Shown one piece after another: positions 25,989 to 35,415 of a stretch of 64,000 nucleotides of DNA. The stretch's first letter is position 1; each line of letters opens with the position of its first letter. The notes beneath the pieces were generated by a model, which did no database searches, was not told the DNA's origin, and was given only the letters and a program-made list of their open reading frames with translations. This DNA comes from a virus. The stretch covers positions 1 through 64,000 of IMG/VR virus record IMGVR_UViG_3300025889_000092; one strand, 5' to 3'. Position numbers and translations under genes: made by a program.

Positions 25989-26156
25989 CTACTCGGTTTC
26001 GATCTCTGTAAAGGGGTCAGTTTCTATATAGGTTTCAGTCTCTATATAGGTTTTCAGTGTTTCGAGAGCTTGCTGAAGAAGCTGTTCCTCTTCGGGAGTC
26101 AGTTCAGAAACTTCTGAATCGTTTTCGGAAGGCTCGGAAGAGGCGAAAGAAACCAT
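25989..26156 (-). CDS. small acidic protein (55 aa, not in ORF track)
   Basis: MVSFASSEPSENDSEV...TYIETETYIET with an internal 18-nt duplication. Confidence 0.55.
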   Translation of the reverse strand: MVSFASSEPSENDSEVSELTPEEEQLLQQALETLKTYIETETYIETDPFTEIETE

Positions 26157-26158
26157 AG

Positions 26159-26677
26159 TTATTGTTGACCCAACCGCTGGCGCAGCTGCTCAAACCTTTT
26201 GTTTACGTCCAAAGAGTAACTCGTGTCACTGGTCTGTGGGTCAACGCGATCGACAATTGAGCGTGCGTGAGCTTCGCTATTGATGTAGTCCGCCACTCGG
26301 GCTGCAGCTTCGAGTGCTGCCGGATCTTGCCAGAACTGCCCCATTGCAATAGACGGAGCCATCCCGCTTAAGACTCTTGGGTCGGTGCCTCGTGTGATTG
26401 GAGCTCCCCAAGTTTTGCTGGGTTTGTTCTCGGGGTTGACTTTGCGTTCCCTCGCTGCTATCGCTCGGAGAACTTCAGGCCCTACGTTGGTTACTCCGAA
26501 GGGATCCACGACGTTGGTGACCATTCCTGTAACACCGACAGGAATAGAACGAGCTAAAGCTTTAGGAGCACTAAAGCCAGCTTCTCGTTGGTCGCGATAC
26601 TCTAAAGATGTGTTGTAGATATCACCTAGGAAAGGCAGCGCTCGAAGGATCTGACCAGCGAACCTAGGAATCGGCAT
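26159..26677 (-). CDS. hypothetical protein (N-terminal RFAG motif)
   Basis: 172 aa ORF; TAAACT box 22 nt upstream. Confidence 0.7.
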   Translation of the reverse strand: MPIPRFAGQILRALPFLGDIYNTSLEYRDQREAGFSAPKALARSIPVGVTGMVTNVVDPFGVTNVGPEVLRAIAARERKVNPENKPSKTWGAPITRGTDPRVLSGMAPSIAMGQFWQDPAALEAAARVADYINSEAHARSIVDRVDPQTSDTSYSLDVNKRFEQLRQRLGQQ

Positions 26678-26733
26678 TTTAATAACGTGCTCTATTGACA
26701 GTTTAATGTAAACTTATCCCAGATTCTGTTCAC

Positions 26734-27171
26734 ATGATGACGGTCACCCAGTCGAAAGAATTTACTTACACTCCTAATGGAGTCAAAATCGAAATTCTTA
26801 GCGAGCACGACGAGGGTGAGTACAAAATGGTTCGGTCCCTGACTACAGGGAAAGTCTTTTTTGCTCACAAGAATCAAATCGCTGAGATCCTTAAAGAGGA
26901 AGATGAGGGGGAAAAACCCGTTAAGCAGCGCCGTGGGCGTCAGATTGTTAAGCCAGAGGTACCTGCTTACAACCGAGTCAACATCAACTCGGCAACTCCC
27001 CAGCTGCTGACTCAGGTTCTGAAAGGCGTTGGACTTAAAACTGCCACTGAGATCAAGGAACTTCAGCAGTCGATGCCCGGCGAGCGCTTCACCAAACTGG
27101 ATCAGCTGCGGTCCATCACCCGTGTGGATTGGGATTCTGTTTTGGAAGGCGACACTGTTTATGTCGAGTGA
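26734..27171 (+). CDS. helix-hairpin-helix (ComEA-like) protein
   Basis: RVNINSAT...L...LKGVG.KTA..I.......F..LDQL. Confidence 0.8.
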   Translation: MMTVTQSKEFTYTPNGVKIEILSEHDEGEYKMVRSLTTGKVFFAHKNQIAEILKEEDEGEKPVKQRRGRQIVKPEVPAYNRVNINSATPQLLTQVLKGVGLKTATEIKELQQSMPGERFTKLDQLRSITRVDWDSVLEGDTVYVE

Positions 27172-27230
27172 GACGAATTTTTAACGATTAAATAAAGCGA
27201 TAGAATACGTTTATCGCTTGTAGTTAGATC

Positions 27231-27851
27231 GTGGCGCAGTTATCTCCACAAGAACTTGAGCAGATTCAAAGTTATCTGGCTCAACAGGGAGTTGTATTCC
27301 AACCGGATACTACTGACGCCACTAAACGTGAGGTTGTATATGCTGCGATAAATCAGTTATCCAGAAACCCTGCGCAGGTTTTTGGTTACAGATTAGATGA
27401 TTTTAACTTCAGTCGCGTAGCATATCACCTCGGCTATAACATCGCTACAGTTCCTGCGGGCGATTATGCCCGTTTGATGGAAGCTTGCAACAGCGTCCCC
27501 AGCGAGTTTTACTACGACAAAATCGTTCAGCAAATTGAGCGTTGTGAAGAAGCTGAGCGTTTAACTGAACTTGCAACCGGTCGCGCCACGAGTCGTCAGG
27601 AGCTGATTCAAGGTGACGTGAGTCGCTCCATCAACATTCAAGACAAACGCGAGACCGCGAAAATCTGGCGGGAGAACTACTTATATGAGTGCGATCGTCT
27701 TGCCCACATGCTTTATATTCCTAACTATCGAGACCCCGTGGCAGCTCGGTACCGCTTTGAAAGGAGCGGCGGAGAGTTTATCCAAGCTATACCTGGACCT
27801 CCTGATACTTCCAGGGCAGATAGGTTATGGTTTAACGCAAATTGGCGATAA
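27231..27851 (+). CDS. putative head-tail adaptor/neck protein
   Basis: R.AYHLGY pattern; position after the capsid genes. Confidence 0.55.
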   Translation: MAQLSPQELEQIQSYLAQQGVVFQPDTTDATKREVVYAAINQLSRNPAQVFGYRLDDFNFSRVAYHLGYNIATVPAGDYARLMEACNSVPSEFYYDKIVQQIERCEEAERLTELATGRATSRQELIQGDVSRSINIQDKRETAKIWRENYLYECDRLAHMLYIPNYRDPVAARYRFERSGGEFIQAIPGPPDTSRADRLWFNANWR

Positions 27852-27887
27852 AAGCTATAGTAGTTCTAGGAACTAGATCCATTTGTA

Positions 27888-29489
27888 ATGGCTGGGAAGC
27901 AAGGGTTTTTTAAGGACCTTGAGTCTATTCGTCAGGCTGTAACTACTTACGGTCCTCAGTTTTTAATGGGTCTGGGTGATGCAGGCGAAGCCATAATTCG
28001 AAGAGTTGGCCAGCAAGGTGGTCTCACTCAACCCGCAGCTCGGCAAGTCAGGCCTCCCGCCGCAAGACCGATCCCTACTCGAGCTGTCGAGTCCACTCAA
28101 CTCCGTCTTCCCTTAACATCTCGAGAGAGCGGCAGATTTGTCTCTCCCTACGGGCCAAAAATTGACCCTGCGGATATCGATGCTCGGTTGGCGGTGCAGA
28201 ATCGTCCAAGCATCATGGACGTTCCTGCCGTCCCACGTCGCTCTGTGCCTGTCCAAGGGCAGACGCAAATGAGCGTCTTCAGCGCTCCTGAGCCTGCGTT
28301 CAAGACAACCCCTATGCAGGGACCCGTTTCGCGAACTGCCCAGGATCTGTACGCTAATGATCCTGGCACTTATCGCGCAATCGATGAGTTAGCACAACGT
28401 GCTTCGACCTATTACGGCAAGCCCGTAACTGTTGACGATCTTGTCTCAGAGCGCGGCACCTTGATTCTTCAAGATCTGCAACGAGGTCAGGCTTTAGCTC
28501 CTCGTACTCCCGGAGGCATGATCCCTCGTGGTCCTGGAGGAGCTGTCATGGAAGGCACCCCCGGCGGACGCATCACCCAATATCAGAGGGGTGCCATGAC
28601 AAAGGATATGGGTGATGCTGGACGAGCATACCAAGGCGAACCCATCATCGATGTCGACGTTCGTGAGATCCAGAACGCTGCAGGCGGTCTCCGTACTCTT
28701 GACCTCAAAAAAATCGCTGCGCTGAGCGCGTTGGCAGGTCTGGGCGGGGTAGGCCTCGCTTCTCGACAGGGTCAACCCGATTTTGTTCCTGCCGATCGAC
28801 GGAGCGCTATTGAAGGAGCTTTTGATCGGGAGCCTGATGTCGACGCAGATCGTTCCGGTCGCTATGTCGGAGAAAACTTCCCCGGCCCTGGGGCGGCTGC
28901 TGGACTGAATCAAGGAGCCGTCACGATTGGAGCTGGTTCGATCCCGATTGTCACTTCTCGAGGTCGTGCTCGTGACGAAGCCCTCAACGAAGCGATGCAG
29001 AATATTCAGCGACCCTCCGGTTTGACCAAACAACAAGCTGATTTGGCTCGTTATTACCAGCAACGCGAGGCGTACGCTCAGCACCCCACCACTAAGGCTC
29101 AGATTCTTGCAGATTTTGCAGCCCTTGGGGAGCGCTACGCTCAAGCTGATATGGCAGCGTGGGCTAGTAAAAACCCTGAGTTGGCTTACGAACTGACTCA
29201 GAAAATGAAGGGCAAACTGCCTAGCCAGCAAATGCCTCAAGCTCAGCAGATTGGCGCACCCACCGCTGAGATCGGTTCAGACGCTGGCCGGACTCTTGCA
29301 GGCAATGTCGATATGGCTGGGCAGGTCGCAGTAACGGACGCTATGGCTAATGCTGGTGCCCGAGACCTTCAACAAGCAACTACTCCCCGCATGCCTGTTC
29401 AGATCGGTAACCCCGGTCCTTATCCAGTTGGGACCGGCAACCCCGGCTACAACATGTACGGGTACCCCTTAATTAATCCCTACAACTGA
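27888..29489 (+). CDS. hypothetical, probable internal virion protein
   Basis: 533 aa low-complexity, Ala/Gly/Gln/Pro-rich, one hydrophobic segment. Confidence 0.65.
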   Translation: MAGKQGFFKDLESIRQAVTTYGPQFLMGLGDAGEAIIRRVGQQGGLTQPAARQVRPPAARPIPTRAVESTQLRLPLTSRESGRFVSPYGPKIDPADIDARLAVQNRPSIMDVPAVPRRSVPVQGQTQMSVFSAPEPAFKTTPMQGPVSRTAQDLYANDPGTYRAIDELAQRASTYYGKPVTVDDLVSERGTLILQDLQRGQALAPRTPGGMIPRGPGGAVMEGTPGGRITQYQRGAMTKDMGDAGRAYQGEPIIDVDVREIQNAAGGLRTLDLKKIAALSALAGLGGVGLASRQGQPDFVPADRRSAIEGAFDREPDVDADRSGRYVGENFPGPGAAAGLNQGAVTIGAGSIPIVTSRGRARDEALNEAMQNIQRPSGLTKQQADLARYYQQREAYAQHPTTKAQILADFAALGERYAQADMAAWASKNPELAYELTQKMKGKLPSQQMPQAQQIGAPTAEIGSDAGRTLAGNVDMAGQVAVTDAMANAGARDLQQATTPRMPVQIGNPGPYPVGTGNPGYNMYGYPLINPYN

Positions 29490-29896
29490 TGCCTTACCAA
29501 GATATCCCAGGGTACGACCAGTATCCTTCTAGCGTTTCTCCGAAGGTTGTTCCCGACTCTTCGTATTGGGGTGGGGACCCCACTTTCACTAACCCCTCCT
29601 GGGGAAATCCAACACCATACAACTTTAAAAGTAACTTCCAGCAACCTTCTATCTGGGACGCTCTGAAACAAGGCCTGTATGAAGGATTAACTCGAGGCAT
29701 ATCTGGAGGCCTCGGTACCGATCCTTATGGTCGAAATCCTTTCTCCGGGTATGTTCCGGAAGCTGGCCGCATGGCCGGAGACAACCAACGGGCTATTGGC
29801 GCTCTTCCTGATATCCTTAAATACGATGTCCAGCGTTTGCTAAACCCGAAACTGCAGGTACGTCCTACCTCGATTTATTCTGGTTTCCTTCGCTAA
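29489..29896 (+). CDS. hypothetical protein
   Basis: 135 aa, overlaps the upstream stop. Confidence 0.65.
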   Translation: MPYQDIPGYDQYPSSVSPKVVPDSSYWGGDPTFTNPSWGNPTPYNFKSNFQQPSIWDALKQGLYEGLTRGISGGLGTDPYGRNPFSGYVPEAGRMAGDNQRAIGALPDILKYDVQRLLNPKLQVRPTSIYSGFLR

Positions 29897-29953
29897 TACT
29901 CTTAGCGAAATTTACGGTAACATACAGTAAGACCGGTCAATTAAGAGAAAACT

Positions 29954-30508
29954 GTGGCGTCTACTTCGACTAATAAGCAGCCCTGTCTGATTGACCGCCC
30001 ATTCCTTCGCGGCGCACGGATCACCAGTTCCACTGGTACCTGTGATCCCACGAACCCTAATCTGACTGACTTAATCCAGCTAGTCCGAGTCGGTGATCTT
30101 CCTTCTGAAGACGCCGCTCTTGTTGAAGATATTACGATCGTCAGCAACGAAGATTATCCCGACAACTCTGGTATTCGGACCTGTGATATTGGTCTGTATG
30201 TGTATGCCCCCAACCAGTCTGCTCCCTCCACCTCAGCTGGTCTGATGGTCGGTCGGGTCGAGGTTGGTTTAAGTGGTGCAACTTTCGGTTACCCTCAGCA
30301 GATTCAACTCTTCGCTGTTAACGCCCCCGTCCCCGCTGTGGGTGACACTGCCCTTCTGACCCCTATTCAGATTGGTAAAGGCGAAGGTCTTTACCTTGAA
30401 AAAGGTTATATCTTGTGTGCGGGTTACATTGGTAATGGCCCGACCTCTGTTAGCGGTGGCCTTAGTCCTTCCGGCATCACGATCTGGGCGCAGGGCGGCT
30501 TCTATTAA
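29954..30508 (+). CDS. putative tail/virion structural protein
   Basis: MASTSTNKQP..IDRP...AQGGFY, beta-rich. Confidence 0.65.
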   Translation: MASTSTNKQPCLIDRPFLRGARITSSTGTCDPTNPNLTDLIQLVRVGDLPSEDAALVEDITIVSNEDYPDNSGIRTCDIGLYVYAPNQSAPSTSAGLMVGRVEVGLSGATFGYPQQIQLFAVNAPVPAVGDTALLTPIQIGKGEGLYLEKGYILCAGYIGNGPTSVSGGLSPSGITIWAQGGFY

Positions 30509-30510
30509 TC

Positions 30511-32046
30511 GTGGGACGGACAAAGAGACCAGACGATTTTGGTTTCAAGTCTTTTAACAAAACTGATAGTTTCAAAGCCCCAAAAACCATAAGGGGCTCT
30601 GACAACCCTAAGGAGCTTCTTGAAGTCTTACCCTTCAAGAGGCGCTTCCGACCGCCGACGCAATCGAAGGAAAGATTTCTTCAAAGTGATTACGATTATG
30701 CGTCGCTCTGGTGCCGCTGGAGGCGTGGTTACGAGCTTGCGATGTACTCGCAGCAAGCTTATGACGGACTGAATTATTCATTCAAGTACTACCCAGTCGG
30801 AACTCCAGGGGTGGGAGTTTTCCTTCCTGGGGCTTGTTTTATGTACCCCACGACCCGCTCCGACATGCGGATGTGGATGGTTGGAGTTCGTCCTAGAGAC
30901 TCATTTAACTTCTTGAGTTTCGGTTACGCAATTGAGTCCGTAACCGCTTATAACTCCACCACCTACGCAGTCAAACTGAACACCCGTTTCGGAGCGCCCA
31001 TATCCTTCTTCACGGGAGAAGTTGTCTCTAACAGGTTTAATTCAGATGGTTCTGAAAAAGCTTACGGGTACAACAATTACACAGTCACCGCCGTGGGATT
31101 CGATGGCGTCCCACTTCCGCCAGCTTACGCGCCAATTTTTAATACCCTTTTTATCTCGGTAGCTCAGGCAAATAGCTGGTCAGTTGTTGACCGAAATACT
31201 TTGGCTGCTCCAGCCAGTGGTCCGCCAGCTGTAGGCGAATACTTTGCCACTGAGATGAGAGCTCAGTGTACGTGCCCCGACTTCTTGAATCGTGAAGGGT
31301 ACAACCTTTGGAATTCAAACCTTAAAAACCGCTATCCCACTTCAAGCATCTGGAACGTTGATCCTGCAACGTATGACGCCGGTCCAGACGCTTCTGTACG
31401 TCCTTTACCAAGCCCCGATGATCCTGGCTACACACGAACGTTTGGCTTTATTTATCTGAATCAGATTTACAACATCCCTGAGTACCAGTACAACAACACT
31501 TACTCAGACCCAAATCTTTACTACTACCAACCCAAGTGGTGTAAGCACATCTACGCCGCTATGTGGGATATGTACCTGAAGTATGGGCAGCAAGAATCAA
31601 CGTCTCAGTGGATTCTTCATCAGCCGAACGACGAGCCGATGAATGAGTACTACCGGGAACGATTCGAAATCGATTTGAAAAAACAAACTGACTTCCTAAA
31701 GAGGGAAAAAGACCTCGTTTGGTGGCAGCGTTACAGCCCCCAGATTAATGGAATGCCTAACCGCATGATGCAGCCGGATATGTACAACATGATGGGTAAG
31801 ACCCTGAACTCTGGCGATCTGGATTCGTTAAATACGCTTGTAGCTACATCATTCGAAATGTTTACGTTTGATGAATATAATCCGTTTGATCCTGTTGAGC
31901 TTCAAAATCTTGATGTATACGATGGGGGAACGTATGCTTATGGCTCACCCGTCCTTTCCCCTGTCAACATCCTTGACGGCTCCGTGTACGCCAATGGAAC
32001 TCAGGGACCTGTAACCTCCTATGCCCTTAACGGGGGTATTTACTAA
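30511..32046 (+). CDS. virion-block protein with split SWIM-type zinc finger
   Basis: CTCPDF ... WCKHIYA; C-terminal DGG repeats. Confidence 0.65.
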   Translation: MGRTKRPDDFGFKSFNKTDSFKAPKTIRGSDNPKELLEVLPFKRRFRPPTQSKERFLQSDYDYASLWCRWRRGYELAMYSQQAYDGLNYSFKYYPVGTPGVGVFLPGACFMYPTTRSDMRMWMVGVRPRDSFNFLSFGYAIESVTAYNSTTYAVKLNTRFGAPISFFTGEVVSNRFNSDGSEKAYGYNNYTVTAVGFDGVPLPPAYAPIFNTLFISVAQANSWSVVDRNTLAAPASGPPAVGEYFATEMRAQCTCPDFLNREGYNLWNSNLKNRYPTSSIWNVDPATYDAGPDASVRPLPSPDDPGYTRTFGFIYLNQIYNIPEYQYNNTYSDPNLYYYQPKWCKHIYAAMWDMYLKYGQQESTSQWILHQPNDEPMNEYYRERFEIDLKKQTDFLKREKDLVWWQRYSPQINGMPNRMMQPDMYNMMGKTLNSGDLDSLNTLVATSFEMFTFDEYNPFDPVELQNLDVYDGGTYAYGSPVLSPVNILDGSVYANGTQGPVTSYALNGGIY

Positions 32047-32660
32047 TGACATCAACACCTGTTGTCTTTCTTTTAAAGCGTTCGGGTATTTCTTCCGACC
32101 GTCCCAGCGGTACGATCCTGCAAGCAGGTGAACCTGCTATGTGTTTTGGCGGGGCAGATCCCGGCCTTTATTTTGAAGATTCGGCTGGAGATGTCCGTAA
32201 GATCGGGCCTTCGGCTTATGGTACGACTGCGCCTAACTCAACTCCCGCAGGTCTCGCTGGCAACTCCGTAGGGGAACTTTGGACGGATAGCAGCGGACCG
32301 AATTATTACTTAAAAGTTTGGACTGGAGGAGCGTGGCAGAAGGTTGGTGCTGGTTTTGCTGACAGCAGTACCACGGCGGGTTCTGCCACAACTGCGAATA
32401 CAGCTAATTTTGCTTCCGCTTCTGCGATTGCGTCTGGAGCAATAGTCGCGTCCGGGGCAATAGTCGCATCCGGAGCAATCGTTGCGTCTGGAGCAATTTT
32501 GGCTTCAGGAGCTGTTCAGACCTGTGCGATTGTCATCAGCGGTTTACCCGCTGTAGCCACAAGCCTCTCCGGCTCCCTTGTTTACCAAATCCAAAGCTCT
32601 GGTACAACGCCCAGCGGTCTGTTTGTTCGGGTACTAGACGGTTGGGCGTTTACTAACTAA
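32046..32660 (+). CDS. tail fibre-related protein with (AIVASG)n repeats
   Basis: LKRS.....RP....L..GE and GELW.D....YLKVW.G..W fibre motifs. Confidence 0.75.
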   Translation: MTSTPVVFLLKRSGISSDRPSGTILQAGEPAMCFGGADPGLYFEDSAGDVRKIGPSAYGTTAPNSTPAGLAGNSVGELWTDSSGPNYYLKVWTGGAWQKVGAGFADSSTTAGSATTANTANFASASAIASGAIVASGAIVASGAIVASGAILASGAVQTCAIVISGLPAVATSLSGSLVYQIQSSGTTPSGLFVRVLDGWAFTN

Positions 32661-33193
32661 CCCCGAAGCGTGGCTTTTAGGAACCAAGCCGCTTTGAACG
32701 ACGCTCCGACATATTCGGCTAGGTAGTTCTCGATGTCAGGAGCGTCTACTTCTTTTGCGACTTTTTGCATATCCTTAGCCATCATTCCAGCTTTCTCGAG
32801 GTTGTTCAGGTAGGTCGTCAGCATGTCCCGCATTTCGTAGGACTTGACGTGCTTAAAGGATTTGTACGCCTGCTGCAGACCGCGAGCACACATCGGCATA
32901 AAAAAGTCTAAGGTCCGCACGAACTCCGACAGAGCGTCGAACTGCTCGATGTGGAGTTCGTACTGACCCTTTAAGTACTCGTGGATAGGCAGGAAAATAG
33001 GACCTTCAATGTTTAAGTGGATTAAATGTGATTGGGTGTACAACTGGTTTGTATACGAAGCAAGGCCCACGAGCTGAGAAGAAAGCTCCTCAACCGTAGG
33101 CCTAGCCACCATCTCGGGAACTTCGGTGACGATTGTCTCTACCTGTTCGACTACAGGAATCGGACGATCAGCAAAAGTTTCCGAGTAAGTCAT
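32657..33193 (-). CDS. dps: Dps/ferritin-like DNA-binding protein
   Basis: H..HLNIEGP.F..IHE.L..QYE.....FD.LSE..R.L; ends KAAWFLKA. Confidence 0.88.
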   Translation of the reverse strand: MTYSETFADRPIPVVEQVETIVTEVPEMVARPTVEELSSQLVGLASYTNQLYTQSHLIHLNIEGPIFLPIHEYLKGQYELHIEQFDALSEFVRTLDFFMPMCARGLQQAYKSFKHVKSYEMRDMLTTYLNNLEKAGMMAKDMQKVAKEVDAPDIENYLAEYVGASFKAAWFLKATLRG

Positions 33194-33194
33194 A

Positions 33195-33464
33195 TCAGAA
33201 AGGGCAAGCTGCGGTGCTCAGCTGTTGAACTTCCTCTTCCACTTTAACTGTAGAAGAACTACGAAGATACTCTTCAAGAGCGTTACGGTTTACGCGATAA
33301 AGAGACTTTGCGCCGTTGGGCTGAAGATTCACGTACACGGACTTAGGCCAGCCACCGGGTTGGTTAGCTTCAGACAAAGCGATGCGCTTCCGCACAAAAC
33401 CAGAACTGCAGTTCAGAAGTTCAGCCGTTTCCGCGATAGTAAGAAGAGTCTTACTTTCCGACAT
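33195..33464 (-). CDS. excisionase/MerR-like HTH DNA-binding protein
   Basis: LLTIAETAELLNCS...VRK.I ... YRV....LEEYL. Confidence 0.75.
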   Translation of the reverse strand: MSESKTLLTIAETAELLNCSSGFVRKRIALSEANQPGGWPKSVYVNLQPNGAKSLYRVNRNALEEYLRSSSTVKVEEEVQQLSTAACPF

Positions 33465-33592
33465 TGTATATGCGGGAAATGAGTTACGGCTCTATGTTAC
33501 ATACGTTTCTTGTGTGCGCAACACAAGCTTCTTCTACCTCACAACTTCTTTATTATTCGGATGCTACTATTAAGGTGAGACTCGTGACCAAC

Positions 33593-33838
33593 ATGATTCG
33601 ACTTGCCGGAGAAGTCTTTAAGTCATACAACAAACCAAAAAGAGACATCCAGGGAGGTAAACAGTTCGCTGTGGCCGCTAAAGAAGATGGTGAAGTTCGG
33701 TTAGTTCGTTTTGGAGATGCGAATATGGAAAACAAAAGTGACGACCCCGAACGCCGCAAGAACTTTAGAGCACGTCATAATTGTGATGAGCCCAAGAGTA
33801 AATTAACAGCTGGATATTGGAGCTGTAAGGCTTGGTAA
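33593..33838 (+). CDS. widespread small basic phage protein
   Basis: YNKPKR...K.FAV.AK......LVRFGD.NM......PERRKNFRARH.C......AGYWSCK.W. Confidence 0.8.
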   Translation: MIRLAGEVFKSYNKPKRDIQGGKQFAVAAKEDGEVRLVRFGDANMENKSDDPERRKNFRARHNCDEPKSKLTAGYWSCKAW

Positions 33839-33923
33839 ACCGATTACTTAATAAAAGCTGTAAGTCATAAGCCCAACGAAAATTTCCGCTAGAGGTAGAC
33901 TTTAAATATGCAGCTCTCTAACT

Positions 33924-34175
33924 ATGGGCTCCCGGAAGTCCGATGACGCTCAGAACGTCTCGTGCGGCTTAACTTTAGAAGACGAATTCGTTTTAACACG
34001 AATACGAGTCAAAGCTCACTCACTCAAGAATAAAGAAAGAGATCAGTATCTTTGGGAGACCGTTTTTAAGTTAGTTTGTCGCGAAAGAGCTTATAAGACG
34101 GTAATGAATGAAGTAGGAATCGCTGTGGACACTAACATGGATCTTTTTGATGATGTTCTTGAAGACCAAGATTAA
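33924..34175 (+). CDS. nblA: NblA-like phycobilisome degradation adaptor
   Basis: LTLEDEF.L........L...E....L..........RE.AYK matches the NblA helical-hairpin pattern (LSLEQ.F...REQ...L......REN.YK). Confidence 0.55.
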   Translation: MGSRKSDDAQNVSCGLTLEDEFVLTRIRVKAHSLKNKERDQYLWETVFKLVCRERAYKTVMNEVGIAVDTNMDLFDDVLEDQD

Positions 34176-34217
34176 TTGAGTTTAAACTATAAGTAAGTAA
34201 CCGAAGTACGCGTAGCA

Positions 34218-35345
34218 ATGAGCGAACGGCAGATACTCGAGCAGTTTCGTTCGACTCCTGAAGGCCAACGTCTGCTTCAGGCTATCCGTTTTGCTGAGGG
34301 GACCTCTGGACCTCAGGGGTACCGCACCATGTTTGGTGGCGGCACATTTTCAGATCTAAGTAGGCACCCAGATCGAGTTATATCCGCTGGCGGTTACAAC
34401 AGTGCAGCTGCTGGCGCATACCAATTTATGCCTGGGACATGGAATCAACAGGCATCGAAGCTTGGGCTGTCGAGTTTTGGTCCTTACGAGCAAGATATAG
34501 CCGCTCTTGGTTTAGCTAGAGATCGGTTGATGCCTCTTGGAGGTTTATCAGTCTTAAAGACGGAGGGTTTAAGTCCGCGTGTATCAGCCGCACTTGCTCC
34601 TGAATGGGCGTCCTTCCCGACTCTTTCAGGTAAAAGCTATTACGGTCAGCCTGTAAAATCTCTTCAACAGATTCAAAGTGTGTATGGCGGTGAGGTTCGG
34701 AACGCCGCAGCTCCTGGTTCTCCAGCTGCAGCACCGGCTCAAAGAGACTTCAAGTCTGAAATGGCCGGTATTCTGTTCAAATATTTAGGTAATCGCAATC
34801 AAGCTTCTGATCCCTACTCCACTTTGATAAGTTCAAACGCAACTGCAGACTTATTAGAGCAAGAAGGGACTCTCGAAGCTCTTGAGAAAGCTGACGAACT
34901 ACGCTCAGCGGGACTTATGAAGGCTTTTGAAAGTTCCTCTACTTCAGACGATTACTCAAAACTAGCTTCAGATTTACTTTCGGTTGTCCAGCAACGAGAG
35001 CTTGGTCAAGCAACGGCTAGCTCCACATCGCCTGGTTCACTTAGTGTAGTTCAATACATCACAGGTGATCCTCAACATCCAAACTTTGTGTCCGACCACG
35101 GTGGTTCTAATTATCACGACCATTTGGAATTTCCTACGGTCGAGCAAGCAAGAGTTGCTGCCGCAAAGTTAAACCAGGCTGGAATTAAAACCACGGAACT
35201 TAAAGGTATCAACCCCGTGGGACAACACACAGCCGGGTCGGCCCACTATCGCGGCGTGGCCTTTGACGTTCCTGGGGCACAAGTTCCAGTTGGCCAGGAA
35301 AGGCAGCTTTCTTCTCGGGTCAGGAACGTTCTTGGTTTCGGGTAA
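34218..35345 (+). CDS. virion-associated lysin: lambda-like (GH104) muramidase plus C-terminal M15-type His-motif domain
   Basis: AIRFAEGT, Y..MFGG..F.D.S.HP, SAAAGAYQF...TW, QD.AA; C-terminal HTAGSAHYRG.AFDV. Confidence 0.8.
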   Translation: MSERQILEQFRSTPEGQRLLQAIRFAEGTSGPQGYRTMFGGGTFSDLSRHPDRVISAGGYNSAAAGAYQFMPGTWNQQASKLGLSSFGPYEQDIAALGLARDRLMPLGGLSVLKTEGLSPRVSAALAPEWASFPTLSGKSYYGQPVKSLQQIQSVYGGEVRNAAAPGSPAAAPAQRDFKSEMAGILFKYLGNRNQASDPYSTLISSNATADLLEQEGTLEALEKADELRSAGLMKAFESSSTSDDYSKLASDLLSVVQQRELGQATASSTSPGSLSVVQYITGDPQHPNFVSDHGGSNYHDHLEFPTVEQARVAAAKLNQAGIKTTELKGINPVGQHTAGSAHYRGVAFDVPGAQVPVGQERQLSSRVRNVLGFG

Positions 35346-35415
35346 TTTCTTAGATGAGTTCGATTGATGTCTAAAACATCTACTAAACTAGAATGAAGAA
35401 AGATTAGAGCTAAAA

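Noticed and set aside
26017-26058. Repeat TCTATATAGGTTT(T)CAGT as a CRISPR or operator
   Set aside because: Only two adjacent copies with no spacer; it is an in-frame duplication (TYIET) in the small minus-strand ORF.
33195-33464. Excisionase as evidence of a prophage or temperate lifestyle
   Set aside because: No integrase, att site or host genes in the window; such HTH proteins are common in lytic phages.
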